Source: Candidatus Shapirobacteria bacterium
GTDB lineage: Bacteria; Patescibacteriota; Microgenomatia; UBA12405
Direction: 5' to 3'
Assembly: GCA_041665485.1 (NCBI GenBank)
Contig: JBAYIT010000005.1
Span: 1,974 to 65,973 of the forward strand
Length of the DNA stretch: 64,000 bases
Shown here: piece after piece, positions 10,152-20,866 of the stretch
Layout of the letters: every line of letters begins with the position of its first letter
How positions within the stretch are numbered: the first letter of the stretch is position 1
The notes under the pieces: generated by a model
Databases searched by the model: none
The model's input: the letters and a program-made list of their open reading frames with translations, nothing else
What the model was told of the DNA's origin: nothing
Made by a program: the position numbers and the translations under genes

Positions 10152-10451
10152 TCAAAGAAGAGGCCCTCTATATTTACCATCCACATCAAAGTCTTGGCTT
10201 GGAGGAATAGGTTTGTTGCCCTGACAATTTCGTCTTCGACAAAACGGATTGTCATTACCGACAGGACCCAGGCTACCCGCTTTGAATCGAACATAGAAAG
10301 ATGATAGTAAGTCATTCCGATTCATAAGTTTAGACTCAGCGCGATCTACAATTACGGCACAATGATTACATTGAGATCCATCTTCGGGTGGATCAATGAC
10401 AATTACACCAGTGAAGCCATTTCCAATTACCTCCCTGCCAAGTATTTTCAT
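10152..10451 (-). CDS. Small hypothetical protein with CxxC...CxxxxC
   Basis: TTGACA-17-TATTAT-7nt-ATG(10451) supports a real leaderless gene. Confidence 0.6.
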   Translation of the reverse strand: MKILGREVIGNGFTGVIVIDPPEDGSQCNHCAVIVDRAESKLMNRNDLLSSFYVRFKAGSLGPVGNDNPFCRRRNCQGNKPIPPSQDFDVDGKYRGPLL

Positions 10452-10543
10452 ATAACCTATAATAACACGAAGTAGGAGGTTTGTCAAATATAGGCTGGGT
10501 GTTTATTTCTATATCGAAGTGGGGAGTTGGGTGAGGAAAGATA

Positions 10544-10578
10544 AATCGTAATTCGTGATCGGTAAACCGTGAACCGTA
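10544..10578. repeat. 7-bp tandem repeat
   Basis: aatcgta attcgtg atcggta aaccgtg aaccgta. Confidence 0.6.
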
Positions 10579-10611
10579 AAAAACCGCTTAAGGGGTTTGT
10601 GCTGATTCCGA

Positions 10612-10766
10612 CGAGATTGCCACGTCGCTTTTGTAACTGCTCCTCGCAATGACGTTGTTTTTATTAGGCTGGATTGGTCGAAACGAGATTGCTTCGTCTC
10701 CCGATAGCTATCGGGATCCTCGCAATGACGTATTTAGAGGCAATGACCCTTCGACAGGCTCAGGGT
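10612..10766. repeat. Cluster of REP-like palindromic elements downstream of rpsG
   Basis: Two GAGATTGC...CTCGCAATGACG units (10612-10654, 10684-10730; the second has an inner cccgatagctatcggg hairpin) plus acccttcgacaggctcagggt. Confidence 0.8.
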
Positions 10767-10775
10767 AAACTACAA

Positions 10776-11258
10776 TTACCAACGTAAATGGGCGAAGGCT
10801 TTGTTGGCGTCGGCCATTCTTTCGATTTCGGCTCTTTTGGCAACAGAGGTGCCTTCGCTTTTGAGGGCGAGGGTGAGCTCGTTGGCCAATTTCAGACCAA
10901 ATGAGTGGAACTGTTTGTTTGGAAGTTTACGGGAATTGGCAATTAACCACCTGACGGCTAGGGAATCCTGACGATGACGACGGACGGGGGTGGGAACCTG
11001 GTAAACGGCACCACCAATGCGACGGGGGCGGACTTCAATTTTGGGACGGATGTTTTCTAGAGCTTGATCGACCAGAGTGGCGACTTCATCTTTGGGATTT
11101 TCTTTTTTTAAAATCTCTAAAGCTTGATAAACCTGCTTTTGGGCAGAAATTTTCTTACCGCCAATAAGGGAAGCGTTGATGATTTTTTGAACCAAAACAC
11201 TCTGATAGATGGGATCGGGGGTGATTTCCCGGGGTTTGATTGGACCTTTGCGTGACAT
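10776..11258 (-). CDS. rpsG: 30S ribosomal protein S7
   Basis: PDPIYQS, EVRPRRIGGAVYQVP, ANKAFAHLRW. Confidence 0.98.
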   Translation of the reverse strand: MSRKGPIKPREITPDPIYQSVLVQKIINASLIGGKKISAQKQVYQALEILKKENPKDEVATLVDQALENIRPKIEVRPRRIGGAVYQVPTPVRRHRQDSLAVRWLIANSRKLPNKQFHSFGLKLANELTLALKSEGTSVAKRAEIERMADANKAFAHLRW

Positions 11259-11260
11259 AT

Positions 11261-11347
11261 ATAAGTTATAAAGTTATAAAGTTTGAAAGTTATAAAGTTT
11301 GATAGTTATAAAGTTATAAAGTTTGAAAGTTATAAAGTTTGGAGGTT
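11261..11347. repeat. 8-bp tandem repeat (about 11 units) filling the rpsL-rpsG spacer
   Basis: ATAAAGTT/TGAAAGTT units with a 40-bp higher-order period. Confidence 0.95.
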
Positions 11348-11769
11348 TATTTGGTGGCGGGGGCGGGGCGTTTGGCACCGTATTTGCTGCGGGACTGAAG
11401 GCGACCGACAACAGCACCGGCATCATATTTGCCACGAACAACATGATAACGAACACCTGGAAGGTCGCGGACACGACCGCCACGGACAGAAACGATGCCG
11501 TGCTCGGCCAGGTTGTGACCAACACCGGGGATATAAGCGGTGACCAGAGCATGATTGCTCAATCTGACTTTAGCGACTTTACGCAAAGCCGAATGGGGCT
11601 TTTTGGGAGTCATGGTTTTAACAACAGTGACAACGCCCTTTTTGGTGGGGTTGATGGTGTTGCTTAACTGGTTTTTAATGGAGTTGAAATTACGGCGAAG
11701 AGCGGCAGTTCTCTGCTTCTCGGTTCTGTCGCGACGACCTTTTTTGATGAGTTGATTGAATGTTGGCAT
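11347..11769 (-). CDS. rpsL: 30S ribosomal protein S12
   Basis: [37 protein letters not shown]. Confidence 0.98.
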   Translation of the reverse strand: MPTFNQLIKKGRRDRTEKQRTAALRRNFNSIKNQLSNTINPTKKGVVTVVKTMTPKKPHSALRKVAKVRLSNHALVTAYIPGVGHNLAEHGIVSVRGGRVRDLPGVRYHVVRGKYDAGAVVGRLQSRSKYGAKRPAPATK

Positions 11770-11780
11770 AATTGAAGCAG

Positions 11781-14700
11781 TTAAAATTTAGCTGCCGGTA
11801 TTAAACGTCCGATAATAACATTTTCCTTAAGACCGATCAAGTTGTCGACCTCGGCCAGAAGTGAGGCTTCGGTGAGAACACTGGTGGTTTGCTGGAAAGA
11901 TGAGGCAGAAAGCCAAGAACCAGTTGATAAGGCCGATTGAATCAAACCAAGAAGAACCCGCTTGCCGGTGGCTAATTTGGCGGTTTTGTTGGCGAATTTA
12001 GCTTTTTCATTTTCATCAACAAAAACGGCTCGGGTGATGGTTTGACCATAGAGGAAGTTGGTGTCGCCTGGGTCTTCAATTTTGATCTTATCGCTCATTT
12101 CCTTGACGATAACTTCAAAGTGCTTATCGTGAATGGCGATGCCCTGGGATTCGTAAACACCCTGAATGCTATTGATAAGATACCTTTGAGAGGCTTCGAT
12201 ACCTTTGACCTCCATGACTTCCCGAACATCGAGAGAGCCGGAGCAAAGCTGGGTGCCGGCGGCGATGAGATCACCATCAGCAACTAGCAAGGAAACATTT
12301 GAAGGCAAGAGATAGGTGACAACTTTGGCTTTTTGGTTTTGATCTTTACCACTAAGTTTGACTTCAAAGCCATCAAGAGTTTCCTTAACTTTGACCTTAC
12401 CGCTGATTTCGGCCAGAGGTGAAGGAATTTTTGGAGTTCTGACTTCAAAAAGCTCCTGAACACGGGGCAAACCTTGGGTAACGTCGATACCAAGAACACC
12501 ACCGGTGTGCTTAGTTCGGAGAGTAAGCTGGGTGCCCGGCTCACCGATAGATTGAGCGCCGATGACACCGACGGGGACACCCATATCAACCAGTTTACGA
12601 GTGGAAAGATCCCAACCATAGCACTTTTGACAAATGCCGGTTTTGGAGTCGCAGGTAAGAGGCGAGAAGACGTCGACGGAATCGACACCACAAGAATCAA
12701 TTTGAGAAACGAGCTGATTATCTAAGAGAGTGCCCTTAGTAACAATGACTTTTTTGGTGGTAGGATCGATACAATCGGAAGCAATATAGCGACCCAAAAT
12801 CCGACGGGCAAAGTAGCGCTCGCGGTTTTTGTCGTTACGATTAATAGTAATAAACTGGCTAGTGCCACAATCAGCCTCGCGAATAAGGGAGGTGTGAACG
12901 GCGTCGACCAAACGGCGGGTAAGATAACCGGCATCGGCAGTTCTAAGAGCAGTGTCGGCTAAACCTTTACGAGTACCCCGGGCGCCGGTGACGTATTCAA
13001 AAACGGATAAGCCTTCGCGGAAGTTGGATTTAGTGGGCAGGGGAACAATTTTACCGGTGGGATCGACCATAAGACCTCTCATACCGGAGAGCTGTTTGAT
13101 TTGGTCTTTGGAAGCCCGCTTGATACCGGCGGCAGAAACAATTTTGATGGGAGAATCAGGAGAAAGAGTGTCCCAAGTTTTTTCGGCGATAACTTCGGTG
13201 TAATCCATCCAAATGGCCTGACTTAGACGTTTTTTCTCTTCCTGGCTAATAAGACCATTTTTAAAGTTGTCTTCAACCTGAGAAACTTTAGCATTGGCTT
13301 CGGAAATTAATTTTTCTTTGCCGGGAAGATAGCCACAATCAATCATTGATAATGACAAACCGGAAAGAGTGAAACCGAGGAAACCAATGTCTTTAAGATG
13401 GTCAATAAGCCTGGCGGTTTTGACTCGACCTAAAGTTTCAAGAGTTCTGACAACCAGGTCACTAATCGATTTGGAACCAGCCATAGGCTCGTTGACGTAG
13501 CCGAATTCGGAAGGAAGAATGCGATTAAACATGATCCGACCATAGGTGGTTTTGATAAATTGACCTTCAATTTTTAGGACAATAAGCTCTCTTAAACCAA
13601 GTTTACCGGATTGGTAGGCTAAATCAGCTTCAGCCCGACTACCCAAGATGGGGAGAGTGGCAAAACCGGGCGACTGCTCTTTGGCAAGATCTTCCTCGCG
13701 GACGGAAGTGATGTAATAACAACCGACGGCCATTTCTTGGGAAGGAACGGAGATGGGGTTGCCATCAGCCGGCTTGAGCAAGTTTCGGGAAGGCAACATG
13801 AGAAGTTTGGCCTCTTTTTGGGAATTAACCGAAAGGGGCAAGTGGACACCCATTTGGTCGCCATCGAAATCGGCATTGAAAGCTTTACAAATACAGGGAT
13901 GAAGACGAATGGCGAAACCATCGACCAAAACTGGCTTGAAGGCCTGAATGGAAAGCTTATGGAGAGTTGGGGCACGGTTGAGAAGAACGTAGGTGTTTTT
14001 GGTTATTTTTTCGAGAATGTCGTAGACCTCGTTGACCCGATGATCGATGAGGTTTTTAGCGCTTTTGATGTTGGGGGCCAAACCGGAAATCATCAGTTCA
14101 CGGAGAACGAAGGGGCGGTACATTTCCAGGGCAATTTCCTTGGGAAGACCGACCTGATTTAATTTAAGTTCGGGACCGACGACAATGACGGAACGACCGG
14201 AGTAATCGACGCGCTTACCGAGAAGGTTACGACGGAAACGACCCTTTTTACCACGAAGCAAATCAGACAGAGAGCGAGGGGTACGCTTGGTGGTTTTTCT
14301 CTTATTTTTGGCTGATTTTTGGGAGTCAATTAGAGCATCAACTGATTCCTGAAGCATTCTTTTTTCATTTCTAAGAATGATCTCGGGAGCATTGAGCTTG
14401 AGAAGTTTTTTCAACCGATTGTTGCGGTTAATTAAACGACGATAAAGGTCATTAAGGTCGGAGGTGGCAAAACGACCGCCGGTTAGTTGGACCATTGGAC
14501 GGAGATCTGGCGGAACGACTGGGACATTTTCCAAGATCATCCAAGAAGGAGAAATGCTGTTGGCGATCATGCCATTGAGAATCCTGATTTTGTACATGAT
14601 CTTCTTTTTCTTAAGACGACTGTTGGTTTTGTCGAGTTCTTTTTTGAGATTTTTGACGGTAGCTTCGAGATCTAATTGACCAAGTACCTGAGAAATGGCC

Positions 14701-15509
14701 TCAGCACCCATTCTTGATTCGTAAAAAATATCGGCTTTAAATTGGGAAAGATAAAAACTTTCTTCGTCAGTAATAATAGAGAGAACCTGGATTGACTCGA
14801 TCTTTTCCCTTAGGTATTGAACGAGGCTTTCGATGCGAGTTTTCTCGCTAACAGCCTTGTTTTCCAACTTTTGAATATCCTGCTTCAGTTTGACCTCTCT
14901 TTCTTCAATGGCGATTGAGAGCTGATCTTTGTTTTTGATCTTGGTTTTTAGTTCTTTAAGCTCGGTGGCAGTTTCCAGCTTTTTCTTTTCGGTGGCTGAT
15001 TTAGTTTCGGTGTTGATTTGATCCTGGCGATTTTTAGAATTGACCTCGAGGTTGGTCAAGGCTTCCCGACGCTTGTCCTGATTAACAGAGGTAATAAGAT
15101 ACTTAGTAAAATAGACGACAGATTCCAGCTCTTTTTGAGGAATGTCTAGGATGACACTTAGGGGTGAGGGGGTGTTGCGAAGATACCAGAGATGAGTAAC
15201 GGGGGCAGCGAGGGCGATATGGCCCATTCTTTCCCGCCTGACTTTGGAAGTGGTGACTTCAACACCGCAACGATCACAAACGACGCCCTTAAAACGAATT
15301 TTCTTGTATTTACCACAGTAACATTCATAATCATGGCTCGGTCCAAATATTTTTTCGCAAAAAAGACCATCTTTCTCAGGACGCCAACTACGATAATTGA
15401 TAGTTTCCGGCTTGGTGACTTCTCCGTTTGACCAAGAGAGAATGTCGGCAGGAGAGGCTAATTTAATTCGAAGGCCGCTAAAATCGTTGAGATTTTTGAA
15501 TTTAAACAT
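11781..15509 (-). CDS. rpoC: RNA polymerase beta' subunit
   Basis: Zn finger CYCGKYK...CDRC, NADFDGD active site, [12 protein letters not shown]; ATG at 15509. Confidence 0.99.
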   Translation of the reverse strand: MFKFKNLNDFSGLRIKLASPADILSWSNGEVTKPETINYRSWRPEKDGLFCEKIFGPSHDYECYCGKYKKIRFKGVVCDRCGVEVTTSKVRRERMGHIALAAPVTHLWYLRNTPSPLSVILDIPQKELESVVYFTKYLITSVNQDKRREALTNLEVNSKNRQDQINTETKSATEKKKLETATELKELKTKIKNKDQLSIAIEEREVKLKQDIQKLENKAVSEKTRIESLVQYLREKIESIQVLSIITDEESFYLSQFKADIFYESRMGAEAISQVLGQLDLEATVKNLKKELDKTNSRLKKKKIMYKIRILNGMIANSISPSWMILENVPVVPPDLRPMVQLTGGRFATSDLNDLYRRLINRNNRLKKLLKLNAPEIILRNEKRMLQESVDALIDSQKSAKNKRKTTKRTPRSLSDLLRGKKGRFRRNLLGKRVDYSGRSVIVVGPELKLNQVGLPKEIALEMYRPFVLRELMISGLAPNIKSAKNLIDHRVNEVYDILEKITKNTYVLLNRAPTLHKLSIQAFKPVLVDGFAIRLHPCICKAFNADFDGDQMGVHLPLSVNSQKEAKLLMLPSRNLLKPADGNPISVPSQEMAVGCYYITSVREEDLAKEQSPGFATLPILGSRAEADLAYQSGKLGLRELIVLKIEGQFIKTTYGRIMFNRILPSEFGYVNEPMAGSKSISDLVVRTLETLGRVKTARLIDHLKDIGFLGFTLSGLSLSMIDCGYLPGKEKLISEANAKVSQVEDNFKNGLISQEEKKRLSQAIWMDYTEVIAEKTWDTLSPDSPIKIVSAAGIKRASKDQIKQLSGMRGLMVDPTGKIVPLPTKSNFREGLSVFEYVTGARGTRKGLADTALRTADAGYLTRRLVDAVHTSLIREADCGTSQFITINRNDKNRERYFARRILGRYIASDCIDPTTKKVIVTKGTLLDNQLVSQIDSCGVDSVDVFSPLTCDSKTGICQKCYGWDLSTRKLVDMGVPVGVIGAQSIGEPGTQLTLRTKHTGGVLGIDVTQGLPRVQELFEVRTPKIPSPLAEISGKVKVKETLDGFEVKLSGKDQNQKAKVVTYLLPSNVSLLVADGDLIAAGTQLCSGSLDVREVMEVKGIEASQRYLINSIQGVYESQGIAIHDKHFEVIVKEMSDKIKIEDPGDTNFLYGQTITRAVFVDENEKAKFANKTAKLATGKRVLLGLIQSALSTGSWLSASSFQQTTSVLTEASLLAEVDNLIGLKENVIIGRLIPAAKF

Positions 15510-15513
15510 ATGT

Positions 15514-18500
15514 TTATTCCTGATTTGAGTCATCAATTATAACTGTTTTTGGTTCTTCGGATGGAGTGGCGGAAGCGTCGACAATAGCCGTTTCTTCTTC
15601 GGTGGACTCGACTGGTTGATTACCGGTACCTACCGGAGAAATCTCGATTGCCAAACCAGCTAATTCCTTGGTCAAAACCTTGAAAGATTCGGGGATGGCT
15701 GGCTCGGGGATGGGTTGACCTTTAATTATGGCTTGGAAAGCTTGGGTTCGGCCTTCAATATCGTCTGATTTGATAGTCAACATTTCCTGGAGAGTGTGGG
15801 CAGCACGATGTGCTTCGAGAGCCCAAACTTCCATTTCACCTAAGCGCTGACCACCCATTCTGGCCTTGCCACCGAGGGGTTGTTGAGTAACCAGAGAGTA
15901 TGGACCGGTGGACCGAGCGTGAACTTTGTCGTCAACCATGTGGACCAACTTGAGGATATAACTGACACCAACCACCGAGGGTTGATCGTATGGCAAACCA
16001 GTTCGACCGTCAAAAAGCTGGGTCTTGCCAGTGGGAGAAATTCCGGCAGACACGGCTTCGGTAGCAATTTTATCTTCGGAATATTTTTCAAAGACAGGGA
16101 CGGCATAATTTTTGCCTAATCTGAAACCAGCAAAACCAAGCATGGTTTCAAGTATCTGCCCTAAGTTCATACGAGCAATAACGGAGAGTGGAGAAATGAC
16201 CAGGTCTACGGGAGTACCGTCGGCAAGACAGGGCATGTCGTATTCTGGCATAATCCGACAAATAACACCCTTGTTTCCATGGCGACCAGCAATTTTGTCG
16301 CCTTCCTGAATTCGACGTAGTTGAGCGACATAGACCTTGACGGTTTTATTGACTCCGGGATCGAGCTCATCATCCTTTTCTTTATCTAAAATATCTACTT
16401 TAATAACAACCCCACCTTCGCCGTTGGGAATTCTTAAAGAGGTATCTTTAACTTCTCTGGCCTTTTCACCAAAAATGGCTCGAAGTAGTCTCTCTTCGGC
16501 AGTTAACTCCTTTTCTCCTCTGGGCTCAACCTTGCCAACCAGAATGTCGTTGGGGCCAACAGTGGCACCGATCATAACAATACCATCCTGTGTCAATTTT
16601 GATAGCTCATTTTCTGAAACTCCTGGTATATCCTTGGTAAGTTCTTCGCTACCAAGTTTTGTTTCAACAATATCTGCCTTATATTCATAGACCTGAATAT
16701 TAGTCAGAACGTCTTCTTTGACCAGCCGACTGGAGATAAGAAAAGAGTCTTCATAACTTAGACCGTCTATTGAAGCATAAGCGACCAAAATATTGCGACC
16801 GATTGCAAGCTCGCCACCAGATGTTGACGGGCCATCGGCGATAAGATCACCAACGGAAATATTTTGACCTAAGTCAACGACAACCCTTTGGTTATAACAC
16901 GTACCATAAGGCGATGTTCGAGCAAACTTAGTTAAAAAGTATGTTTCTGTTTTTTCGTCGTGGCTAACCTGGCTAAAACTAGTCAGTAGTTTATTTTTTG
17001 GTTTTGAATCGAGACTGACGGTTACTTTCTCTGCATCAACATTAATTACTTTACCACCATGATTGGCTAATATTGCTCTACTCATGGATGACGCAACAAC
17101 TGTTTCCATTCCAGTTCCAACAATCGGTGCTTCTGGTGAAACAAGCGGTACGGCCTGTGTTTGCATGTGTGAACCCATTAGTGCCCTAGTGGCATCATCA
17201 TGATCAACAAAGGGAATTAAAGACGCAGAAGATCCAACTATTTGATTTGGAACCAAGTCAATATATTGTGCAAGTTCAACTGGACCTTCGGAGAATTCTC
17301 CCTGATAACGCAGAGGAATCCATTCTTGCTTAATGTTGTTATTTTCGTCAATATTAATACCAAGGTTTGTTATATAAACTCCATATTCATCATCGGCGTC
17401 AAGATAAACAAAATCGTCGGAGATAGAATAGCTTTTCCCTTTTTTCTCTACTTTTCTAAAAGGTGCCTGAATGAAGCCATAGCTGTCTACTTGTGCGTAA
17501 AGAGCCAGGTAAGTTACCAAACCAATATTGGGTCCTTCCGGAGAGCGAACAGTACAGATACGTCCATATTGAGAGCTGTGAACGTCACGAATGGAAAAAG
17601 CAGCTCGTTCACGGGTTAATCCTCCAACACCAATAACAGTGACACGACGAAGAAGGTCTAATTCTGAAAGCGGATTTGTTTGGTCGAGTATTGCAGAAAG
17701 TTGATTACTCCGGAAAAAAGTATTTAGCGAAGAGATTAATGGTTGGGGGTTAATCATTTGAGAGGGGGTTGGTTTTTCCTTTGTGGAAATAAGACTCATT
17801 CTTTCTTTAACCATTCTTTCGAAACGAGACAAAGCGGGGCGGATGGCAATTTGAGAAACAATTTCACCACAACGACGAAGACGACGGTTGGCAAGACTAT
17901 CGATATCGTCAACTCTCTTAACTTCTCCTTTTTGGAGTTGAATGAGGTATTTGATTGTGGCGATTAAATCTTCTTGACGAAGTACCCAGTTTTGTTTATC
18001 ACTATCATTGAGTTTAAAACCAAATTTTTTATTGAATTTGTAGCGACCAACATTGCCCAATTCATAGGTTCTAAGATCAAAAAATCTCTCTTGAAGAAAG
18101 CGGGTAGCGTTTTCTATAACTGCTGGTTCACCAGGACGAAGTTTTCGATAGAACTCGAGAATTGCATCTTCGGTGGTTTTGGCAACATCGGCCTGAAGTG
18201 TGTTGTTGATGTAGTCAGAAAATTCGGAGACCAACTGTTTGTCTGACATTTGGCAAACTGCACGAAGAAGAATAGTGGCCGGAAATTTCTTTTTGCGGTC
18301 GATTCTGGCAAAAACGACATCCTTCTTGCCAACAAAGAATTCAAGCCAAGAACCGCGACTGGGACGAATTTCGGCATTAAAAAGATTTTTACCGGTGGCT
18401 GGGTCGACTTCGGAGGTGAAATAGACACCCGGAGAACGAACAAGCTGGCTAATAACTCCCCTTTCAATACCATTAATAATGAAAGTCCCCTCATCAGTCA

Positions 18501-18834
18501 TGGTTGGCAAATTAAGAAAAAAGACTTCTTCTTCTTTGGTTTGACCGGTTCTTTTGTTTGTAAGTTGGGCGTTTACCCTCACTGGAACGGTAAAATTCAA
18601 ACCTTTTCTTTTGGCGATTTCAGGAGTGATGGTGGGCGGGTCGATGGTAACTTGGCCGAGTTTTAACTCCCAGTTGTTACCGGTGTAGTCAGAAACCGGC
18701 GAAATTGAAGTGATTGTTTGGGAAAGTTCGGTGTCAAGAAATTGCTGCCAGGATTCTTTTTGGATTTTAATTAAATCAAGCTTGGGAAGATTTGGGTATT
18801 TTTTACCCCAGTTAATACGTTTTGCCGATGACAT
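15514..18834 (-). CDS. rpoB: RNA polymerase beta subunit
   Basis: [35 protein letters not shown]. Confidence 0.99.
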   Translation of the reverse strand: MSSAKRINWGKKYPNLPKLDLIKIQKESWQQFLDTELSQTITSISPVSDYTGNNWELKLGQVTIDPPTITPEIAKRKGLNFTVPVRVNAQLTNKRTGQTKEEEVFFLNLPTMTDEGTFIINGIERGVISQLVRSPGVYFTSEVDPATGKNLFNAEIRPSRGSWLEFFVGKKDVVFARIDRKKKFPATILLRAVCQMSDKQLVSEFSDYINNTLQADVAKTTEDAILEFYRKLRPGEPAVIENATRFLQERFFDLRTYELGNVGRYKFNKKFGFKLNDSDKQNWVLRQEDLIATIKYLIQLQKGEVKRVDDIDSLANRRLRRCGEIVSQIAIRPALSRFERMVKERMSLISTKEKPTPSQMINPQPLISSLNTFFRSNQLSAILDQTNPLSELDLLRRVTVIGVGGLTRERAAFSIRDVHSSQYGRICTVRSPEGPNIGLVTYLALYAQVDSYGFIQAPFRKVEKKGKSYSISDDFVYLDADDEYGVYITNLGINIDENNNIKQEWIPLRYQGEFSEGPVELAQYIDLVPNQIVGSSASLIPFVDHDDATRALMGSHMQTQAVPLVSPEAPIVGTGMETVVASSMSRAILANHGGKVINVDAEKVTVSLDSKPKNKLLTSFSQVSHDEKTETYFLTKFARTSPYGTCYNQRVVVDLGQNISVGDLIADGPSTSGGELAIGRNILVAYASIDGLSYEDSFLISSRLVKEDVLTNIQVYEYKADIVETKLGSEELTKDIPGVSENELSKLTQDGIVMIGATVGPNDILVGKVEPRGEKELTAEERLLRAIFGEKAREVKDTSLRIPNGEGGVVIKVDILDKEKDDELDPGVNKTVKVYVAQLRRIQEGDKIAGRHGNKGVICRIMPEYDMPCLADGTPVDLVISPLSVIARMNLGQILETMLGFAGFRLGKNYAVPVFEKYSEDKIATEAVSAGISPTGKTQLFDGRTGLPYDQPSVVGVSYILKLVHMVDDKVHARSTGPYSLVTQQPLGGKARMGGQRLGEMEVWALEAHRAAHTLQEMLTIKSDDIEGRTQAFQAIIKGQPIPEPAIPESFKVLTKELAGLAIEISPVGTGNQPVESTEEETAIVDASATPSEEPKTVIIDDSNQE

Positions 18835-18859
18835 CTACGGTTTTTGTAAAACAATTAAA

Positions 18860-18904
18860 GCAGCAAGTTATGTGCCAACGGCTTGCCGAATGTCGTCAAT
18901 TATA
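18860..18904 (-). promoter_or_regulatory. rpoB promoter -10 (TATAAT) and leader hairpin
   Basis: TATAATtgacgacattcgGCAAGccgttggcacataaCTTGC. Confidence 0.5.
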
Positions 18905-18936
18905 AACCCCATCTCAAGCAAGAGCAAGGGGCAGGT

Positions 18937-20340
18937 TTAGAGGAATTTGAAAGTGGAGAGGATTTGGTCAAATTCTGGTTTTGAATTGATGACATCATCT
19001 TTATTGCCACCGCTAAAGTTGAAGACATATGTCGATTTTCCATTGTGAATAACATAAACATAGGCAAAAGATGGAGCCTCTTGATTGGAATTTAAGTTGT
19101 CAATGGAAAAGAGAACCGCTGGTTTTTCTCCTAAAGTTAGACTGGCAATCTTTGTGTTTTGCGAATTGTCGGCAAATGAGTCACCAACTTTGGCGGTAAA
19201 AGCAGAAGAATAAGGGTCTAGGGGCATATTATCGTACCAAATACCCTTGTCGACACGAAGTTCTATCTTCTTGTTTGATGAGCTAGAAAAAATAGATTCG
19301 CCACTTAATTTGGGAGTAGACCAGGTGGACGGGTATTTGTATGTAGAATTAAGTGTGCTGTTGGTATATGTCTTCCAATCGGTAGGGATAGAAGATGTGG
19401 TGGAATCGGTAAATTTGAAGGTGGAGAGGATTTGATTGAACAGGTCTTTGTCAATCTCTAGTAAAGATTCTTTCTCTGGTTCAATTTTTGTAGACGAATA
19501 CTTTAATAAACTTAGACATGTTTTACTGTCGATTTGAGTCTCAACTCTGTCTTCGACAAAATAGTTACCATTCATTTGGTCGGAATTAGTGAATCTGACA
19601 GCCTTCTTATTGTCCAGATTAGTGTCTATTAGTTCGGCCGGATTATTACATTGCCTGTTCTGGACAGAAATTGATATTGTTGAAGTAGTTTTAGAAAGTT
19701 GCATCTTCAGTGGTACATTAGCTAGATCTCCTCCACTACCAGTAACGTCTTTAAGGACATATTTTGGAGAATACTTGAAAGAAAAGTTGTATTCTTTGTT
19801 TTCATAGGTTTTCCAATCGGAGGGGATAGTCGAAGAGGAGCAGTCAAGCTCGGTGCAGGTGATGGTGAGGTCGGAACCACAGGTGCAGGTGTTGCAACCA
19901 TCGGCAGCGGGGAAGGTTTCATTGATGTGATAGCTTTTGTCGTTTAATTGGCAAACAGCAGTAGAGGTGGGGGTGGTGGCGACTGATGGAGTTGGAGATT
20001 GGGACGTAGCTGGCGGGGTGGTGGCAGAAGAAATACTAAAATATTGTTTATATAAATTGTAGGCCAGAGTGGCGACAACGCCAAGAAATATAATTAAGGA
20101 AAGAAAAAAGGCGTATTTGAAAATATCAAAACCTGGTTTAACCGGGGCCACAGTGGCAACAGCCTCAACTGGTAGAGGTGGAGGTGTAGGTGTAGTAGTG
20201 GGTGTGGGTGTGGGTGTGGGTGTGGGTGCAGGAGGAGTTGGTGGCGCTGATGGGATAATGATTGGAGTTGGTTCCGGTTCGGTTGTAGTTAACTTAGCAT
20301 AATCGTCGAGCACTTTTTGATAATCTTGGTTTTCATCCAT
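18937..20340 (-). CDS. Single-pass surface protein: Pro/Thr tail, TM, VWC/pacifastin-like Cys module, two PsbP-like domains
   Basis: C-x18-CNTCTC-x7-CTELDC; two WKTYxN...YP/YS...QILSTFKF units. Confidence 0.75.
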   Translation of the reverse strand: MDENQDYQKVLDDYAKLTTTEPEPTPIIIPSAPPTPPAPTPTPTPTPTTTPTPPPLPVEAVATVAPVKPGFDIFKYAFFLSLIIFLGVVATLAYNLYKQYFSISSATTPPATSQSPTPSVATTPTSTAVCQLNDKSYHINETFPAADGCNTCTCGSDLTITCTELDCSSSTIPSDWKTYENKEYNFSFKYSPKYVLKDVTGSGGDLANVPLKMQLSKTTSTISISVQNRQCNNPAELIDTNLDNKKAVRFTNSDQMNGNYFVEDRVETQIDSKTCLSLLKYSSTKIEPEKESLLEIDKDLFNQILSTFKFTDSTTSSIPTDWKTYTNSTLNSTYKYPSTWSTPKLSGESIFSSSSNKKIELRVDKGIWYDNMPLDPYSSAFTAKVGDSFADNSQNTKIASLTLGEKPAVLFSIDNLNSNQEAPSFAYVYVIHNGKSTYVFNFSGGNKDDVINSKPEFDQILSTFKFL

Positions 20341-20392
20341 AAATTAATATCTCATTTATTGACAGCAGTGTCAATTTGGAATAGGCTAAATT

Positions 20393-20866
20393 ATGATAAA
20401 AATAATCGCTTTGTTTTTTTTATGGATGGCCTTACCGGTGGGGGTAATGGCCGGAGGATTTAATTTAAAATCAATTGGCGAGGTGGATACTTCAGGCAAG
20501 CAAATTAGACAGTGGTGGTACACAGGAACTCAACCAGTTTTACGCGGTGAAGCCAGCCCGGGAGCGACAGTAATGATTACTATCGACAGTACTCCGGTAG
20601 AAATTAATGCCGACAGCTCGGGTAACTGGGATTACGCAGTGCCGACAGCTTTAACTGAAGGCGACCATAAAATTGAACTAACGAGTGGTGGTAGTAACAT
20701 AAATTTTACTTTAACCATAGGGAACGGTAATGTTAATTGGGAGGCAGTCAATAATGATAGTGAAGCATTGCCGGCGGCAGGCAATTCGATGCCAACAGCG
20801 GTGTTGCTGGTTTTGGGACTCATGTTGACGGGAATGGCCGGGGCTCTGGTAAAATCGAGATCGTGA
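20393..20866 (+). CDS. Secreted Ig-like protein with LPxAG sorting signal (candidate sortase substrate)
   Basis: Signal peptide, Big-like ADSSGNWDY...LTEGDH, LPAAG + hydrophobic stretch + KSRS; TTGACA-17-TAGGCT-5nt-ATG. Confidence 0.75.
   Translation: MIKIIALFFLWMALPVGVMAGGFNLKSIGEVDTSGKQIRQWWYTGTQPVLRGEASPGATVMITIDSTPVEINADSSGNWDYAVPTALTEGDHKIELTSGGSNINFTLTIGNGNVNWEAVNNDSEALPAAGNSMPTAVLLVLGLMLTGMAGALVKSRS

Noticed and set aside
11261-11347. Octamer array as a CRISPR array, or as the ORFs at 11283-11543 and 11274-11552
   Set aside because: No unique spacers and no cas genes; the ORFs are by-products of the repeat and overlap rpsL.
20170-20235. GGTGTG microsatellite
   Set aside because: Simply encodes a Pro-Thr linker.
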